Shown here piece by piece: positions 6,983 to 17,754 of a DNA stretch of 39,984 nucleotides. Positions within the stretch are counted from its first letter, which is position 1, and each line of letters starts with the position of its first letter. The notes beneath the pieces are model-generated. The model saw nothing but the letters and a program-made list of their open reading frames with translations, was not told the origin of the DNA and ran no database searches. A program made the position numbers and the translations under genes. The DNA comes from a virus, in IMG/VR virus record IMGVR_UViG_3300045988_141178; one strand, written 5' to 3'.

Positions 6983-9295
6983 TTATATTGTTATTTCTTT
7001 TCCATTTAAAAAGAGCTTGCCATATATTTGCAAACCCTCTCCTAAATCAGCTCTATACATTCCACCAACTGCAACACCCTCTGGTGCTACTGCAAGTTGT
7101 GGAGTTCCAGAACCTAGAATTAAATCAAAAGTAGATTTTGACAATCTATCTTCGATATAAATCCTTATATTGAAATTATTAGTTACTGAAAATCCCTCTG
7201 CTCCAGCATCGCCTTTAATAAGTCCCTTAAAACTAAATTTACTGCCATCAAAAGTTAATGTTAATGTTGTTGCTCCAGTAACCCATTTATCAGATGATGT
7301 TGTTTTATATTGATAATAGCATTTAACAATTCCGTTTATGATATTACCAAAAGAGTTATTCCAGTATTGTCCCTCAAAAGATAACTCGGTTTCTTTTCCA
7401 ACTACATTAGTTCTAATAATTGATGCTTTTGTTATTTTTATATTTGAATAATTATAAAATGCACTTGGGCTAATTTGTTTTGCAGTTGAATTTCCCCTTG
7501 AATCTATCGCATATACTGTAAAAACATTACTATCAACATTATCTATTTGACCACTAACATTTGAAGAATTAGAGTATCCTATTTCTTTTTGCTTCTCTCC
7601 AATAACAGCTCTATATTTTGTTATTGTAGCATAATCTTTTCCAGTTGCTTTATTAGCACTAGAAATATTTATTTTTACATCTGAATAACCTTTTATTATT
7701 CCTTGATTTCCTCCAGTTAAAATCTTGCATTTTTCATCTGTGTCCTCGTATGTAAAATTATTAAAAGTAGGATTTGAATTAGTTATTACTAGATTTCCAT
7801 AAAAATCAATATATTGTGCTTCTGTATCTCCATTCATTGTAGCAATTCCAACATTAAATGATTGTGAATTACTATTAGGAAGATATTGAAACATTGATTG
7901 AATTTGTGCTGCAGTTATTGTTGTTCCACTTTGTGTTAATCTTCTAGTATTATCTGGTGTTTCAAAATAAATTTTATAAGTACAACCAGCTGGATTTGAA
8001 ATTTCTTTAAATTCTAATTTATCTGTGGTTGTTAATTGTATGCCAGTAGTTACCTTGAGTTTTGTTCCATTTTTGTATAAGCTTCCTGTTACTTTATTAT
8101 AAGTATTTTGTTTTATTGTTCCAGTAGTAGTCACAACAGAACCATCTTTACTTGTAGCTCTTAATTTTATATTGTAGTAGGTATTTATTGATAAACTTGT
8201 TATTGTAAAACTTCCACTAGAACTATTTGGATTACCTTTATTAGTCCAGCTAGAACCATCATTTAAGGATAATTCTAATTTTTGAATTGTAATATTAGTA
8301 GCCCATTCAACTTTTAATTGACTTAATCCACTATAACCACTAATATGATTTACATTATTTTTTGTAAATTTGGTTTGGGTATACGTTGTTTGAGTAACTG
8401 TTCCACTATCTGTTGTTTGTTGCGAATCTTTCCTTCTTACTCTAATTTTAACTTTATAAGAAGTTGCACTACTTAAGCCACTTATGATTTGGTCTGGATA
8501 ACTTAATCCCTCTTTCCATGTACTACCATTATCAATTGAATACCAACCTTTGTCGCAAGCATGTCCAGCAGCCCATGTTATTTTTAATTGGTCACTTCTA
8601 CCAGTTACTTTATTTACAACAAATTGTGTTATAGATGTATGAGCACTTGCAGTTGTAATTGTTACTGTATTGGACTCTGACCACAATCCACTATCTGCTC
8701 TTCTTAGCCTAACTTTAATAGTATATTTGGTACTTTCTTTTAGGTTCATTACATTAAACCATCCAGATTTTCCATCACTTGCAACTGCATCTCCAGCATC
8801 TGTCCATGCTCCACCATTTAGAGAATATTGTGTATAATCTCTCGCTGGACTACATTTCCATCCGACTTGTATATAATTATAGCCATGACTTCTTTCTGTC
8901 AAATTTATACTGTCTAAATTTCTTGTAATAGAGTCTAACCACCAGCCACCACTAGCACTACAATTTACTGCATAAGTATAAATTCCTGCCTCAATACTTG
9001 CCGTAAAATATTTACTACCATTATTATCATGTTGTATTGAAATATCTCCACTAGCAACTAATGTTCCATTATATAAGTTTATTCTGTCAGAAGAATTGTA
9101 CAATGTTTGACCATTTATAACTACCTTAAAATTACCAGCTTTATACCAACTAGATGATGCTTGACCTCTACCATGTAATTCCCAATGTATATTTGAACCA
9201 CATGTTGTTCCATTCCAAGTTCCTGTTCTCCACCAATGTAACTCTATATATCTTCCACTATAGCCATTGCTATTAAGATATTCATTTGTTGCCAT
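6983..9295 (-). CDS. Phage minor structural protein, DUF859-like with Fn3-like repeats
   Basis: 770-aa ORF upstream of the DGR target; repeated TITSLSxxTxYxxKxR modules and a C-terminal 'GVAVGGMYRADLGEGLQIYGKLFLNG' tail motif. Confidence 0.7.
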   Translation of the reverse strand: MATNEYLNSNGYSGRYIELHWWRTGTWNGTTCGSNIHWELHGRGQASSSWYKAGNFKVVINGQTLYNSSDRINLYNGTLVASGDISIQHDNNGSKYFTASIEAGIYTYAVNCSASGGWWLDSITRNLDSINLTERSHGYNYIQVGWKCSPARDYTQYSLNGGAWTDAGDAVASDGKSGWFNVMNLKESTKYTIKVRLRRADSGLWSESNTVTITTASAHTSITQFVVNKVTGRSDQLKITWAAGHACDKGWYSIDNGSTWKEGLSYPDQIISGLSSATSYKVKIRVRRKDSQQTTDSGTVTQTTYTQTKFTKNNVNHISGYSGLSQLKVEWATNITIQKLELSLNDGSSWTNKGNPNSSSGSFTITSLSINTYYNIKLRATSKDGSVVTTTGTIKQNTYNKVTGSLYKNGTKLKVTTGIQLTTTDKLEFKEISNPAGCTYKIYFETPDNTRRLTQSGTTITAAQIQSMFQYLPNSNSQSFNVGIATMNGDTEAQYIDFYGNLVITNSNPTFNNFTYEDTDEKCKILTGGNQGIIKGYSDVKINISSANKATGKDYATITKYRAVIGEKQKEIGYSNSSNVSGQIDNVDSNVFTVYAIDSRGNSTAKQISPSAFYNYSNIKITKASIIRTNVVGKETELSFEGQYWNNSFGNIINGIVKCYYQYKTTSSDKWVTGATTLTLTFDGSKFSFKGLIKGDAGAEGFSVTNNFNIRIYIEDRLSKSTFDLILGSGTPQLAVAPEGVAVGGMYRADLGEGLQIYGKLFLNGKEITI

Positions 9296-9315
9296 TATCT
9301 AAAATCCTCCTTTCC

Positions 9316-11427
9316 CTATAATTTTGAAATCCATGTTTGACCTTCAATTTCTTGAAATAGTAAACCTGTAATTGAAGCTTTTGTTTTTACTTCTAATTCT
9401 TTTGTTACTGTTCCCTTGTCTGTTAATTCTGTTGTTACTTCGCCAGTTGATGAGTTGAAACTTCTAAATCCATCTGCATCCATTCTTGTGTATGTATTAG
9501 ATGTACTTGAATTTACTTGTATTCCTTTTCCTATATCAACTGTGTCGGTATGTGTTTCGTTAGGATTTTGAGACCATGCTTGTTTTTCCGCTCCAATATT
9601 TCCCATAACATCAGCAATTTCTATTGCCTCATTAATATCTGTTTTAAAAGTAACAGAAATTCTATTATCTGTTACTTTAATTCGTTTGATATATTCTTTC
9701 CACTCCTGGCCAGTATAACTCAATTTTTCAGCTACACCATTTATTGTTACTGTTGTATTATCAAGCTTGTTTGTATTTTTATATAAAAATGATATTGTAT
9801 AATCATCATTTTTTACTATTGCATCTTGATATACTGTTCCTATTGATAATTTGTACCCCATTCCACTAACAGTGTTTTTTCTTGTATCTGTGTCTATGTA
9901 ACTTTCAATTGAATTTCCATTCCAAAAGTCTGTATCATAGTAGAAAATATTGTTACCACTATTGTTTTTTAAATTTACATTCAAACCATCTAGGCTTTCC
10001 TTAAATTCTGCCATCTTGTTGTTTGTTTCACTTTGAAAATCAGATATGGTCCTTTTGGTTTCATTTATTGTTGACTCCAATAAATTCATTTTAGATGTTG
10101 CACCTTGTTGTTCTTCAATAATCTCTTGTATTTTACCCTCTTGCTTATTTGTGATTATTTCAGTATTAGTTATTCTTTTCTCAATTCCAGTAGCATATTG
10201 GTATTTAGTATCACTATACTTTGGTTCTTTTGTATTTGCCTTTTCTTTTATTCCAGATGTTATTTCTACATTGATATTAAATAATATTGTTTTATACTCA
10301 TTTTCGTGTAAATCCTTCAATGTAACAATATCTCCAAATTCAAAATAGCCAAATCCGAAAGATGTATATTCAAATACATAATAAGATAACCCATTAATAT
10401 GATTATATATTTCCTCTATATAATCACTTCTGTTTTTATCCATAATTTGATTATTGTCTATTCTTATTGTTACTCTACCAGAGGCTGGTATTGAACTTGG
10501 ATAGTAAATATTATCTTCTTGTGGACTTCTACCTAATACCATTGTGTTATATGGTCCTATTTTCTTTCCAATAGTAAGTTTTTCTAAATCATTTTCATCA
10601 ATTTTTTCTCCAGTTTCTGTTGGATATGCTACATATAAATCTTTATTTATAATTTTTATAAAACCTCCAGCTGTTGCTGCAATTTCATCTAAAATGTCTC
10701 TATATGTAAAATCAGTTAATTCTGCATATTTATCTTCAGTTATTACTTTGTTAGCATTTGCAAAATCTGTGGTTTTTAAAGTCCATCCGAATTTTTTACA
10801 TATAGCTCTTAACAGATCTAAAATAGTAACAGTTCCAGTAGAATAGTCGAGAGTGAGAGGACTATCAATATATTTAATATGGCTATCTATCATGTGATCA
10901 TATAAATATAATTTTAATGAGCGAGTATCAATTTTTTCTTCTTTGTCATAAACAACAAATTCACCCCAGTCAATATATTCATAATTATCAAACTCTGATG
11001 TCCTAACCCCTATTTTAATATTTATCGTACTTGCATTTTCAATATTTTCTCTTTTATCATGTGGAATAAGAAATTTTACTCTAGCATTATCCATTTTTCC
11101 CACACTCATATTGTGAACATCTTCAACTGTATATTCTTTATCTTGGTCCTCGGCTAAATATTTTACTTGAGTTTTATTCACTCTCCTAACCATTGCCTCA
11201 TGCACTTGTCTAACTGTCATGATTTTACTTTTATCAATTGTTGTATAGTTTTCTATTTCTAGTTCAACCTGTCTCATAACAGAAGTAAATAAATCGCCAT
11301 TTACGGCTAAATTTAATTTTTTTACATGAGTTTTATCTAATTTTGTATTACCAAACCCAAGTAAGATATTTAATTGTTTTCCATAGACTTTCATTTTATT
11401 TTTAAAAGTTTTAGTTGTTTTTAACAT
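9316..11427 (-). CDS. Prophage tail protein (tail endopeptidase/Tal-like)
   Basis: 703 aa, position between Dit-like and fibre genes; N-terminal hub-like and C-terminal coiled-coil/carbohydrate-binding-like region. Confidence 0.65.
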   Translation of the reverse strand: MLKTTKTFKNKMKVYGKQLNILLGFGNTKLDKTHVKKLNLAVNGDLFTSVMRQVELEIENYTTIDKSKIMTVRQVHEAMVRRVNKTQVKYLAEDQDKEYTVEDVHNMSVGKMDNARVKFLIPHDKRENIENASTINIKIGVRTSEFDNYEYIDWGEFVVYDKEEKIDTRSLKLYLYDHMIDSHIKYIDSPLTLDYSTGTVTILDLLRAICKKFGWTLKTTDFANANKVITEDKYAELTDFTYRDILDEIAATAGGFIKIINKDLYVAYPTETGEKIDENDLEKLTIGKKIGPYNTMVLGRSPQEDNIYYPSSIPASGRVTIRIDNNQIMDKNRSDYIEEIYNHINGLSYYVFEYTSFGFGYFEFGDIVTLKDLHENEYKTILFNINVEITSGIKEKANTKEPKYSDTKYQYATGIEKRITNTEIITNKQEGKIQEIIEEQQGATSKMNLLESTINETKRTISDFQSETNNKMAEFKESLDGLNVNLKNNSGNNIFYYDTDFWNGNSIESYIDTDTRKNTVSGMGYKLSIGTVYQDAIVKNDDYTISFLYKNTNKLDNTTVTINGVAEKLSYTGQEWKEYIKRIKVTDNRISVTFKTDINEAIEIADVMGNIGAEKQAWSQNPNETHTDTVDIGKGIQVNSSTSNTYTRMDADGFRSFNSSTGEVTTELTDKGTVTKELEVKTKASITGLLFQEIEGQTWISKL

Positions 11428-11821
11428 GCCTATCTTCCCCCTCGTTTGGTATTAGATTGACCGCAAATGACTTATATTTTAGTTCTGGTAATCTTCCTAT
11501 ATATAAGTCCTCATCATAGTCATTAGCATAATAATCTGCGGTACATGTACAACCATATTTATTGTTATAATATTCAACAATAAAAGATGCCGAGTCGAAA
11601 ATGAGTTCTAATTCTCTCATTTCTTCAGCATCTAAAGGTTCTATTTCTAGTTGTATTTTAGGAAAATTTCCTATTAGAGTTCCTTTCATAACACCAGCCA
11701 TATTTCTTCCAGTATCAGAGCTCCATAATTTATTTCTTTGAATTTTATAAGATGTAATACACTTATAACTTTTTCCATTTAGTTTTATTAAATCTCCGCT
11801 ATATCTAGCCATAGATATCAA
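11411..11821 (-). CDS. Distal tail-like protein
   Basis: Position between tape measure and Tal-like gene; compact 136-aa tail protein. Confidence 0.5.
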   Translation of the reverse strand: MISMARYSGDLIKLNGKSYKCITSYKIQRNKLWSSDTGRNMAGVMKGTLIGNFPKIQLEIEPLDAEEMRELELIFDSASFIVEYYNNKYGCTCTADYYANDYDEDLYIGRLPELKYKSFAVNLIPNEGEDRHVKNN

Positions 11822-14800
11822 GACCTCCTTCCGTTTGTGGCAAGTGCTAGTCTAGCTCTTCTTTCATATTGTTTTCTATCTATTTCCTCGCCATCTAAAG
11901 AAATTGGTATATTGATTTCTAATGGAACATAATCTCCACCCATTCCAGTATTCATATTTTTAAACTCTTGTAATGCACTTAAGAATGTTTCTTTCATTTT
12001 ATCTACTGGAGATATAATTTCGCCTTGTGTTCGGTTATCTCCTACCACTGCAAGTCTTGGTGTATTTGCTTTAACATAACCACCTTGTGCAAGTTTAGGA
12101 ATTTCTGGAACATTGAATTTATGAATCCAAGTAAATGGTTTAAACCCAGCAACTTCAACATCATGAATTTTTTGTAATATTCCATTAATTGCATTAAATG
12201 GAACTGCAATTATTTTGTTAATAGCACCAATAATTCCATTAACTATTGTTTTGAAGAAGTTTACAATTCCCTCTTTTATACCATCAAATATCTTTCCTCC
12301 TGTGCTAAATACATTTTTAACTGCTGTCCATGCTTGAGTAAAGATATTTCTAAACCAATTTGCAATTCCACCAAAAATACTAGTAATCGCATTCCATGCA
12401 CCTTGAGCTCCCTCTCTAACTTTTGTCTTAATGGTGTTCCATACATTACTAATAGTTGTTACAATATTGTTCCATATATTAGTAATAGTATTTTTTATTG
12501 CATTAAACACATTTGATATAGTATTTTTTATTCCATTTATCACATTTGAAATCATATCTTTAATACCATTCCATATATTTGTAAAAAATGTTTTGATTCC
12601 ATTCCAAATATTAGTGATTATAGTTTTTATAGCATTAAAGACAGTAGTAATTATTGCCTTTATAACATTTATAACTGTCTCTACAATTCCTTTAATTGCA
12701 CTCCATACTGCTTGAACTATTCCTTTTATTGCATTCCATATTCCACTAAAGATATTTTTTATTCCATCCCAAGCTTTGCTCCAATCTCCAGTAAATACTC
12801 CAACAATAAAATCTATTAAACCTTTGAAGAAATCTATTATTCCACCTATTGCATCTGCAATATGTCCGAATACGGTTTTTATCGTGTTCCATAATGCTTC
12901 GAATACTGGAACTAATTTAGGCAATACATTTTGAATAATCCAATCTATTACTGGTTTCAATACACCATTCCATAATGTTTGAATTGCTTGAACTATTGAG
13001 CCAATTAGCCCACCTATTTTATCCATCAATGGACTTAAATGTTCTGTCCATAATTGTGAAAATCCATTAGCAACATTATCTAGGAATGGAACAATATAAG
13101 TATTCCAAAATTCTAAAAATTTTCCGAATGTATCTGACATTCCAATAGATAAGTTTTCAAGAAATGGACTTATATATGTTGTATAAATTTCATTTATCTT
13201 ATCTCCTAATGCAGTCATTATTTCAGCTAGTGTTCCAAATATACTTGATATAGGTCCTAAAGTATTCTGGATTGTTTGCTTAATTAGATCACAATTATTT
13301 ATAATTGGTGTTACTAATAATTTTGTTAAATCCGTTATGAATTTATTTATTACATCATAGACAGACATAATAGGATTTGCAAACATTTCAATAATACTTG
13401 TACCAATTGATTTTGCCTCTTTTCCAGCAAAAACATCTGATATTTTTCCAATAGCCTCCATGAAATTTCCAACAAAAGTAAATCTTTCTGCAGTTACATC
13501 AAACATACTTATTAAGAATTTCTTTATTCTTTCAGAATTTTTTTGTAAATATCCATCTGCACTTCCAACTAGTCCTTCAGCAATATTCACTCCAATTCTT
13601 GCAATTGCTCCGACTGATTGTCCTAATGCATAAGTCCATGTTTTTACAAGATTGTTTGCAGAGTTAACAACATTAGAATCTGTAAATATATCCAGTAATG
13701 ATTTTTTTATATTGCTTAAATGTGATAAAATTCCATCGAAATTTGTATCTCCAAAACTAACTTTAAAGCCCTCTTTAAATATATTGGCCAACTCTTTTAC
13801 TTTGTTCAACATACCATCAAATGCTGATGTATCTTGTTGTATATTGGTTGATACATCTAATGACTCTGCAAGGGCTGATGCTCCACCTCCAGCTCCACCT
13901 CCGGAACCACTTCCAGAACCACTACTGCTATTGTCAGTTAGTTTATTCATTTCATCAAAACCAGCTAATTGTAAGGCTGCTTTTTTTGTTTGCTTTGCAG
14001 TTTTCCCTGCACTATCGCCAACACCTTTTACTGCATCGGCTGCTTTGTCTGCATTATCGGCGACTCCTCCTAACCCTTTTGATACTGTTTCAACACTGTC
14101 TGCCTTTAATCCAAACATTGACATTAAACCAGCAATTGAAGTGAATAATCTTGTTACTGCATTCGCAGCTGCGGTTAATATTGGAATAAATAATTTTGCA
14201 ATAGGTTGTATTACATTACCAATAGCAGTTTTCATTGTAGTGAAAGCAAAATTTAATTGAGCAACTTTACCAGAGTATGTATTTGCATAAATTGCTGCAT
14301 CGTTCATTTGGAATTTTGTTTCTTCTAATATTCCATTTACTTCTGCATTTATTTTTTCTTGTTGTGTTAATTGGTTTGTTGTTTTTCCTACTGATTTTGC
14401 ATAATCTTCCCACATTTTAGCAACATTTTTTGTTACACCAGCATTATCAACTAAAATACTATTTTCATTTTTTAGACCTTCAGATGCAGTTTGCACTGCC
14501 TCGCCTAATGAATAAGTGCTTTGTCTTCCGAATGTAGCACTATTTTTTAATGCTGTCATTGTCTTTTTAATCTGGTCTGATGAATAACCTCTAGCTGCTA
14601 AATTTTTATATGCAGTAACTGCATTATTCAAAGGAACTAAACCATCACTTACATACTCTTCAATGAATTTTTGAGCTTGAGAAAAACTTTTTCCTTGCCC
14701 AGTCAATATAGAATTTAATCCTATCCATGCATTGCTTGTTTCTGTTGCTACTTGTAAACATGCTTTTCCAAATTTAACAACGGCTGCAACAGAAAAAGCA

Positions 14801-14964
14801 GCTAATGCTGCTTTACCAATTCCTTTTAAGGCTCCAGAAATTTTAGTTGAGGCTTGATTTGCTTGCCCTTGTAATCCATTTAATTCAGATTTAAATTTTT
14901 CACTTTTTAATAATAATTCTAAATCTATTGTACCTACATTTTGACTCAATTTCTTCCACCTCAT
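11818..14964 (-). CDS. Tail tape measure protein
   Basis: 1048 aa, N-terminal coiled coil, repetitive 'IWNxIKxxIxxVxNxIKxxI' blocks, standard position. Confidence 0.93.
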   Translation of the reverse strand: MRWKKLSQNVGTIDLELLLKSEKFKSELNGLQGQANQASTKISGALKGIGKAALAAFSVAAVVKFGKACLQVATETSNAWIGLNSILTGQGKSFSQAQKFIEEYVSDGLVPLNNAVTAYKNLAARGYSSDQIKKTMTALKNSATFGRQSTYSLGEAVQTASEGLKNENSILVDNAGVTKNVAKMWEDYAKSVGKTTNQLTQQEKINAEVNGILEETKFQMNDAAIYANTYSGKVAQLNFAFTTMKTAIGNVIQPIAKLFIPILTAAANAVTRLFTSIAGLMSMFGLKADSVETVSKGLGGVADNADKAADAVKGVGDSAGKTAKQTKKAALQLAGFDEMNKLTDNSSSGSGSGSGGGAGGGASALAESLDVSTNIQQDTSAFDGMLNKVKELANIFKEGFKVSFGDTNFDGILSHLSNIKKSLLDIFTDSNVVNSANNLVKTWTYALGQSVGAIARIGVNIAEGLVGSADGYLQKNSERIKKFLISMFDVTAERFTFVGNFMEAIGKISDVFAGKEAKSIGTSIIEMFANPIMSVYDVINKFITDLTKLLVTPIINNCDLIKQTIQNTLGPISSIFGTLAEIMTALGDKINEIYTTYISPFLENLSIGMSDTFGKFLEFWNTYIVPFLDNVANGFSQLWTEHLSPLMDKIGGLIGSIVQAIQTLWNGVLKPVIDWIIQNVLPKLVPVFEALWNTIKTVFGHIADAIGGIIDFFKGLIDFIVGVFTGDWSKAWDGIKNIFSGIWNAIKGIVQAVWSAIKGIVETVINVIKAIITTVFNAIKTIITNIWNGIKTFFTNIWNGIKDMISNVINGIKNTISNVFNAIKNTITNIWNNIVTTISNVWNTIKTKVREGAQGAWNAITSIFGGIANWFRNIFTQAWTAVKNVFSTGGKIFDGIKEGIVNFFKTIVNGIIGAINKIIAVPFNAINGILQKIHDVEVAGFKPFTWIHKFNVPEIPKLAQGGYVKANTPRLAVVGDNRTQGEIISPVDKMKETFLSALQEFKNMNTGMGGDYVPLEINIPISLDGEEIDRKQYERRARLALATNGRRS

Positions 14965-15350
14965 TTCTTTTCATTTTGTTTTGCTATGGATTTAAACATA
15001 TTTTTTATACTTTCCATAGCTTGTTGATAATCTTCATGACTTATTTCTTTTGCATTTTTATTTAACCATTTTGACCTAATTCTCTTTTCATTTTCAGTAA
15101 AATTTTTAATTACTTTTGGATCCTTTTCACTTCTAATTCTTACAATATTTCCTAGAGGTGTGTCTCCATTCAAACCACTTAATAAACTTGAAAATTCTCC
15201 CCACTTCATAGTATCTATTTCCATTCTTAGTCTAATGCCATATTGTTGAGCAAAAGAGCTTTCTATTAAATCAAAATCATCAATCAAATCATAAAAAGAC
15301 TCATCATTGTTTTGGAAATCGTTTCTCCATTTCCTCATAAGATATTTCAT
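14961..15350 (-). CDS. Bacteriophage Gp15-like / tail assembly chaperone C-part
   Basis: FAQQYGIRLR…MKWGEFSSLLSGLNGDTPLGNIVRIRSEKDPKVIKNFTENEKRIRSKWL, typical Gp15 signature; position upstream of the tape measure. Confidence 0.75.
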   Translation of the reverse strand: MKYLMRKWRNDFQNNDESFYDLIDDFDLIESSFAQQYGIRLRMEIDTMKWGEFSSLLSGLNGDTPLGNIVRIRSEKDPKVIKNFTENEKRIRSKWLNKNAKEISHEDYQQAMESIKNMFKSIAKQNEKK

Positions 15351-15633
15351 TTATTGCTGCCATTAAACCGATTATTACACTTTCAATTCCATTCACAGAC
15401 AATTTCATATCTTTTATTTCTTTCAATGCATCTTTTCCCATTAGTATTTCAATTACTTCATACATAACATCAATACTAAATTCTTTATCCTTTAATTTGT
15501 CTTGTACTATAACAAAAGTTTCTGCACTATTATCAACTTCATATTCCTTATCTTCTGTTAATTTAATTTTTATAGGCTCTTTTTTTAGTTTCGCACTAAT
15601 ATCAATACTATTTGCCATTTTAATTCCTCCCAA
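15304..15633 (-). CDS. Tail assembly chaperone (G-like)
   Basis: 109 aa between tail tube and Gp15-like ORF, 47-nt overlap with the downstream ORF. Confidence 0.65.
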   Translation of the reverse strand: MGGIKMANSIDISAKLKKEPIKIKLTEDKEYEVDNSAETFVIVQDKLKDKEFSIDVMYEVIEILMGKDALKEIKDMKLSVNGIESVIIGLMAAINEISYEEMEKRFPKQ

Positions 15634-15686
15634 ATTTAATTTTAATAAAAAAAATAAGCCCCAGTACCGAAATACTGAGACTTGTT

Positions 15687-16139
15687 TTATGCTGCTGGTG
15701 TTACTGTTGGTTTTCCATTTGACATAACCTCGAACTCTAAAGGTGCTACATTTGTACTGTCTCCTGTTCCAGCATTAGAAACAGAAATTATACAATCGAA
15801 TGCTACTTTTGTGCCATCTGCAAATTCCCATTCAAATTTAGATTCTACATTTGCACCAGTTGCAAATAATTTTGATGCAATATAATCATTACCTGCATCC
15901 CCTACATTTCTTTTTCCAGAAATGCTTATTGAAAAACCTTTACCTGTCATCATTCTTCTTATCCAGCCTTCTGTTGTCATAGGTGTCCATTCTTCAATAT
16001 TGTTATCCATTGACATTGAGAATGTTTCGCAATCTGCGATTGTTTTCATGTCAGCAGGATCTGCTGAGTTTGCTCCCTTTGTACCAATTTTGAAAATATT
16101 ATCAAAAACTGGATATACTCCTGTTGTAACTGTACCCAT
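15687..16139 (-). CDS. Major tail tube protein
   Basis: MGTVTTGVYPVFDNIFKIGTKGANSADPADMKTIADCETFSMSMDNNIEEWTPMTTEGWIRRMMTGKGFSISISGKRNVGDAGNDYIA…, typical siphophage tail tube. Confidence 0.85.
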   Translation of the reverse strand: MGTVTTGVYPVFDNIFKIGTKGANSADPADMKTIADCETFSMSMDNNIEEWTPMTTEGWIRRMMTGKGFSISISGKRNVGDAGNDYIASKLFATGANVESKFEWEFADGTKVAFDCIISVSNAGTGDSTNVAPLEFEVMSNGKPTVTPAA

Positions 16140-16142
16140 ATC

Positions 16143-16631
16143 CTATTCACTCTCCTTATAATAAAATTTTGCTTGTATTACTCTTTCATAAATATTAGAA
16201 CTATCTGTTCCAACATCTACTGGTTCTGGTACAAGCAATTCAATATAATTTACTAAAATATTGTCTGTTATATTAAAATTTCTTGCATTCATGAATTTAT
16301 AATATAGTTCTAATGCTTTCAATTCTGTCTCGTCTGCATTATTATTCCAATGAATTAAAATACTTACTGTTTTTTCTTTTATCTTTGTATTGTCTAACCC
16401 ACCTACTGCAATATTCATATTTGTAGTAGGATATTGATATACTCCAATAGATTTTTGTTTTTTATTATCTAATTTACCAATATAAAAATGGTCTGCAACA
16501 ATATAACCTTTTGCAAATAATTGCTTTACAGTTAGATTATTTACATCTTTTACTGCCATTTTATTGATATCTGCAATTGTTTTTGTATCTAATTTAACTA
16601 ACCAGTTTTTAATATCCACTAATCTTAACAT
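16143..16631 (-). CDS. Tail completion/minor capsid-associated protein
   Basis: Position between HK97-gp10-like and tube proteins. Confidence 0.5.
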   Translation of the reverse strand: MLRLVDIKNWLVKLDTKTIADINKMAVKDVNNLTVKQLFAKGYIVADHFYIGKLDNKKQKSIGVYQYPTTNMNIAVGGLDNTKIKEKTVSILIHWNNNADETELKALELYYKFMNARNFNITDNILVNYIELLVPEPVDVGTDSSNIYERVIQAKFYYKESE

Positions 16632-17014
16632 TACAAACCAGCCTCCTTTTTATATAACTTTGCAAATGCATTACCAACAAAATCTTTATTCTTTCCACTT
16701 ATCCAAGACTCTAACCAATTACCTTGTGCATGAGCATTTTCTTTGGTTTGGAAATTATACTCCGGATGATAATATAATCTTCTAGCATAAGGTGTAGAAG
16801 TTATTAAACTTACTCGACCTTGTTTGCTTTTTCTTATATCTGTAAATGTAGAATTATTTTGCATATTTCCTGTATCAAAAGGCATTACTTGAGCATTTAT
16901 AACTTCCGTTTTTAATGCTTCAATCGTTTCTTCTAATGCAGTTATTGTTGCTCTATCTAATTGTTTTATTTTAGAAAAATTAATCTTAATTGTAGATTTT
17001 ACGAAGTTTGACAT
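16631..17014 (-). CDS. Minor capsid / HK97 gp10-like protein
   Basis: MPFDTGNMQNNSTF…SLITSTPYARRLYYHPEYNF…, typical gp10/minor capsid 2 pattern. Confidence 0.7.
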   Translation of the reverse strand: MSNFVKSTIKINFSKIKQLDRATITALEETIEALKTEVINAQVMPFDTGNMQNNSTFTDIRKSKQGRVSLITSTPYARRLYYHPEYNFQTKENAHAQGNWLESWISGKNKDFVGNAFAKLYKKEAGL

Positions 17015-17352
17015 TACACAATATCCAATTCAATATAATTTACTGTTCCATCTGGATTCCTTGCTTTTGTACCTTGCACAATATCTCTCTCTTTTCCGAA
17101 AACTGTAACTTTACCACTATGTATATCTGTAATTTCTGGTGCAATATCTTGAGAGAATAAGCAAATACCAGTTACTTGGATTGTTACCTTTTCACTGGTA
17201 AGAACTCTTTTTGCTTTGTTCTGATAATTACATTTAAAATCATCTTCTAAAACAATTAAAGGGGCTCCCTCTTCTGATATTTCATCACTATACAAAACAA
17301 CATGAATGTCAGTTTTACAATCTTGTTTTCTTACCAAAGATGGATATTTCAT
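17014..17352 (-). CDS. Putative minor capsid / head closure protein
   Basis: Size and position in head-tail connector cluster. Confidence 0.55.
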   Translation of the reverse strand: MKYPSLVRKQDCKTDIHVVLYSDEISEEGAPLIVLEDDFKCNYQNKAKRVLTSEKVTIQVTGICLFSQDIAPEITDIHSGKVTVFGKERDIVQGTKARNPDGTVNYIELDIV

Positions 17353-17741
17353 TGATAATACCTCATATTTTTACAAGTTAATCCAGTTTGTGAAAGTAAT
17401 TTATATAATCTAAAAGGAATTGCAATACCCTCGACTATTTTTACATTAAGATTATTTCCAAAACTTTGAGATACTCCATTTATTGAATAACTAGATAATA
17501 CAGACTCTATTACATCTGCATTTTCAAATTTAAAGTCAGCAAACTGACAACATACTCTTTTAATAATATCTTGTTGAAATGGAGTAAGATTTTCGAACCC
17601 TTTTCTAACAATTCTATTAAATGTAAGTGTATTTATATCATCAGTTGCCTCTTGTAAGTATTTATTTAATTCATTTTCATCAGAAAGACTACTACCTTTA
17701 TATTTATTTTGGTAGTAGTCTTTATCTACATATATGTTCAT
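17349..17741 (-). CDS. Head-tail connector protein
   Basis: DDINTLTFNRIVRKGFENLTPFQQDIIKRVCCQFADF…, typical connector pattern. Confidence 0.65.
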   Translation of the reverse strand: MNIYVDKDYYQNKYKGSSLSDENELNKYLQEATDDINTLTFNRIVRKGFENLTPFQQDIIKRVCCQFADFKFENADVIESVLSSYSINGVSQSFGNNLNVKIVEGIAIPFRLYKLLSQTGLTCKNMRYYQ

Positions 17742-17754
17742 AACACATCAACTC

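Noticed and set aside
12300-12800. Repeated ATWNxIK-type DNA blocks in the tape measure gene as CRISPR or satellite
   Set aside because: These encode the usual degenerate tape-measure repeats; not regular repeat-spacer structure.
13652-14260. 202-aa plus-strand ORF antisense to the tape measure gene
   Set aside because: Mirror ORF of a long coding gene, Pro/Ala-rich artefact from complement of the Gly/Ser stretch.
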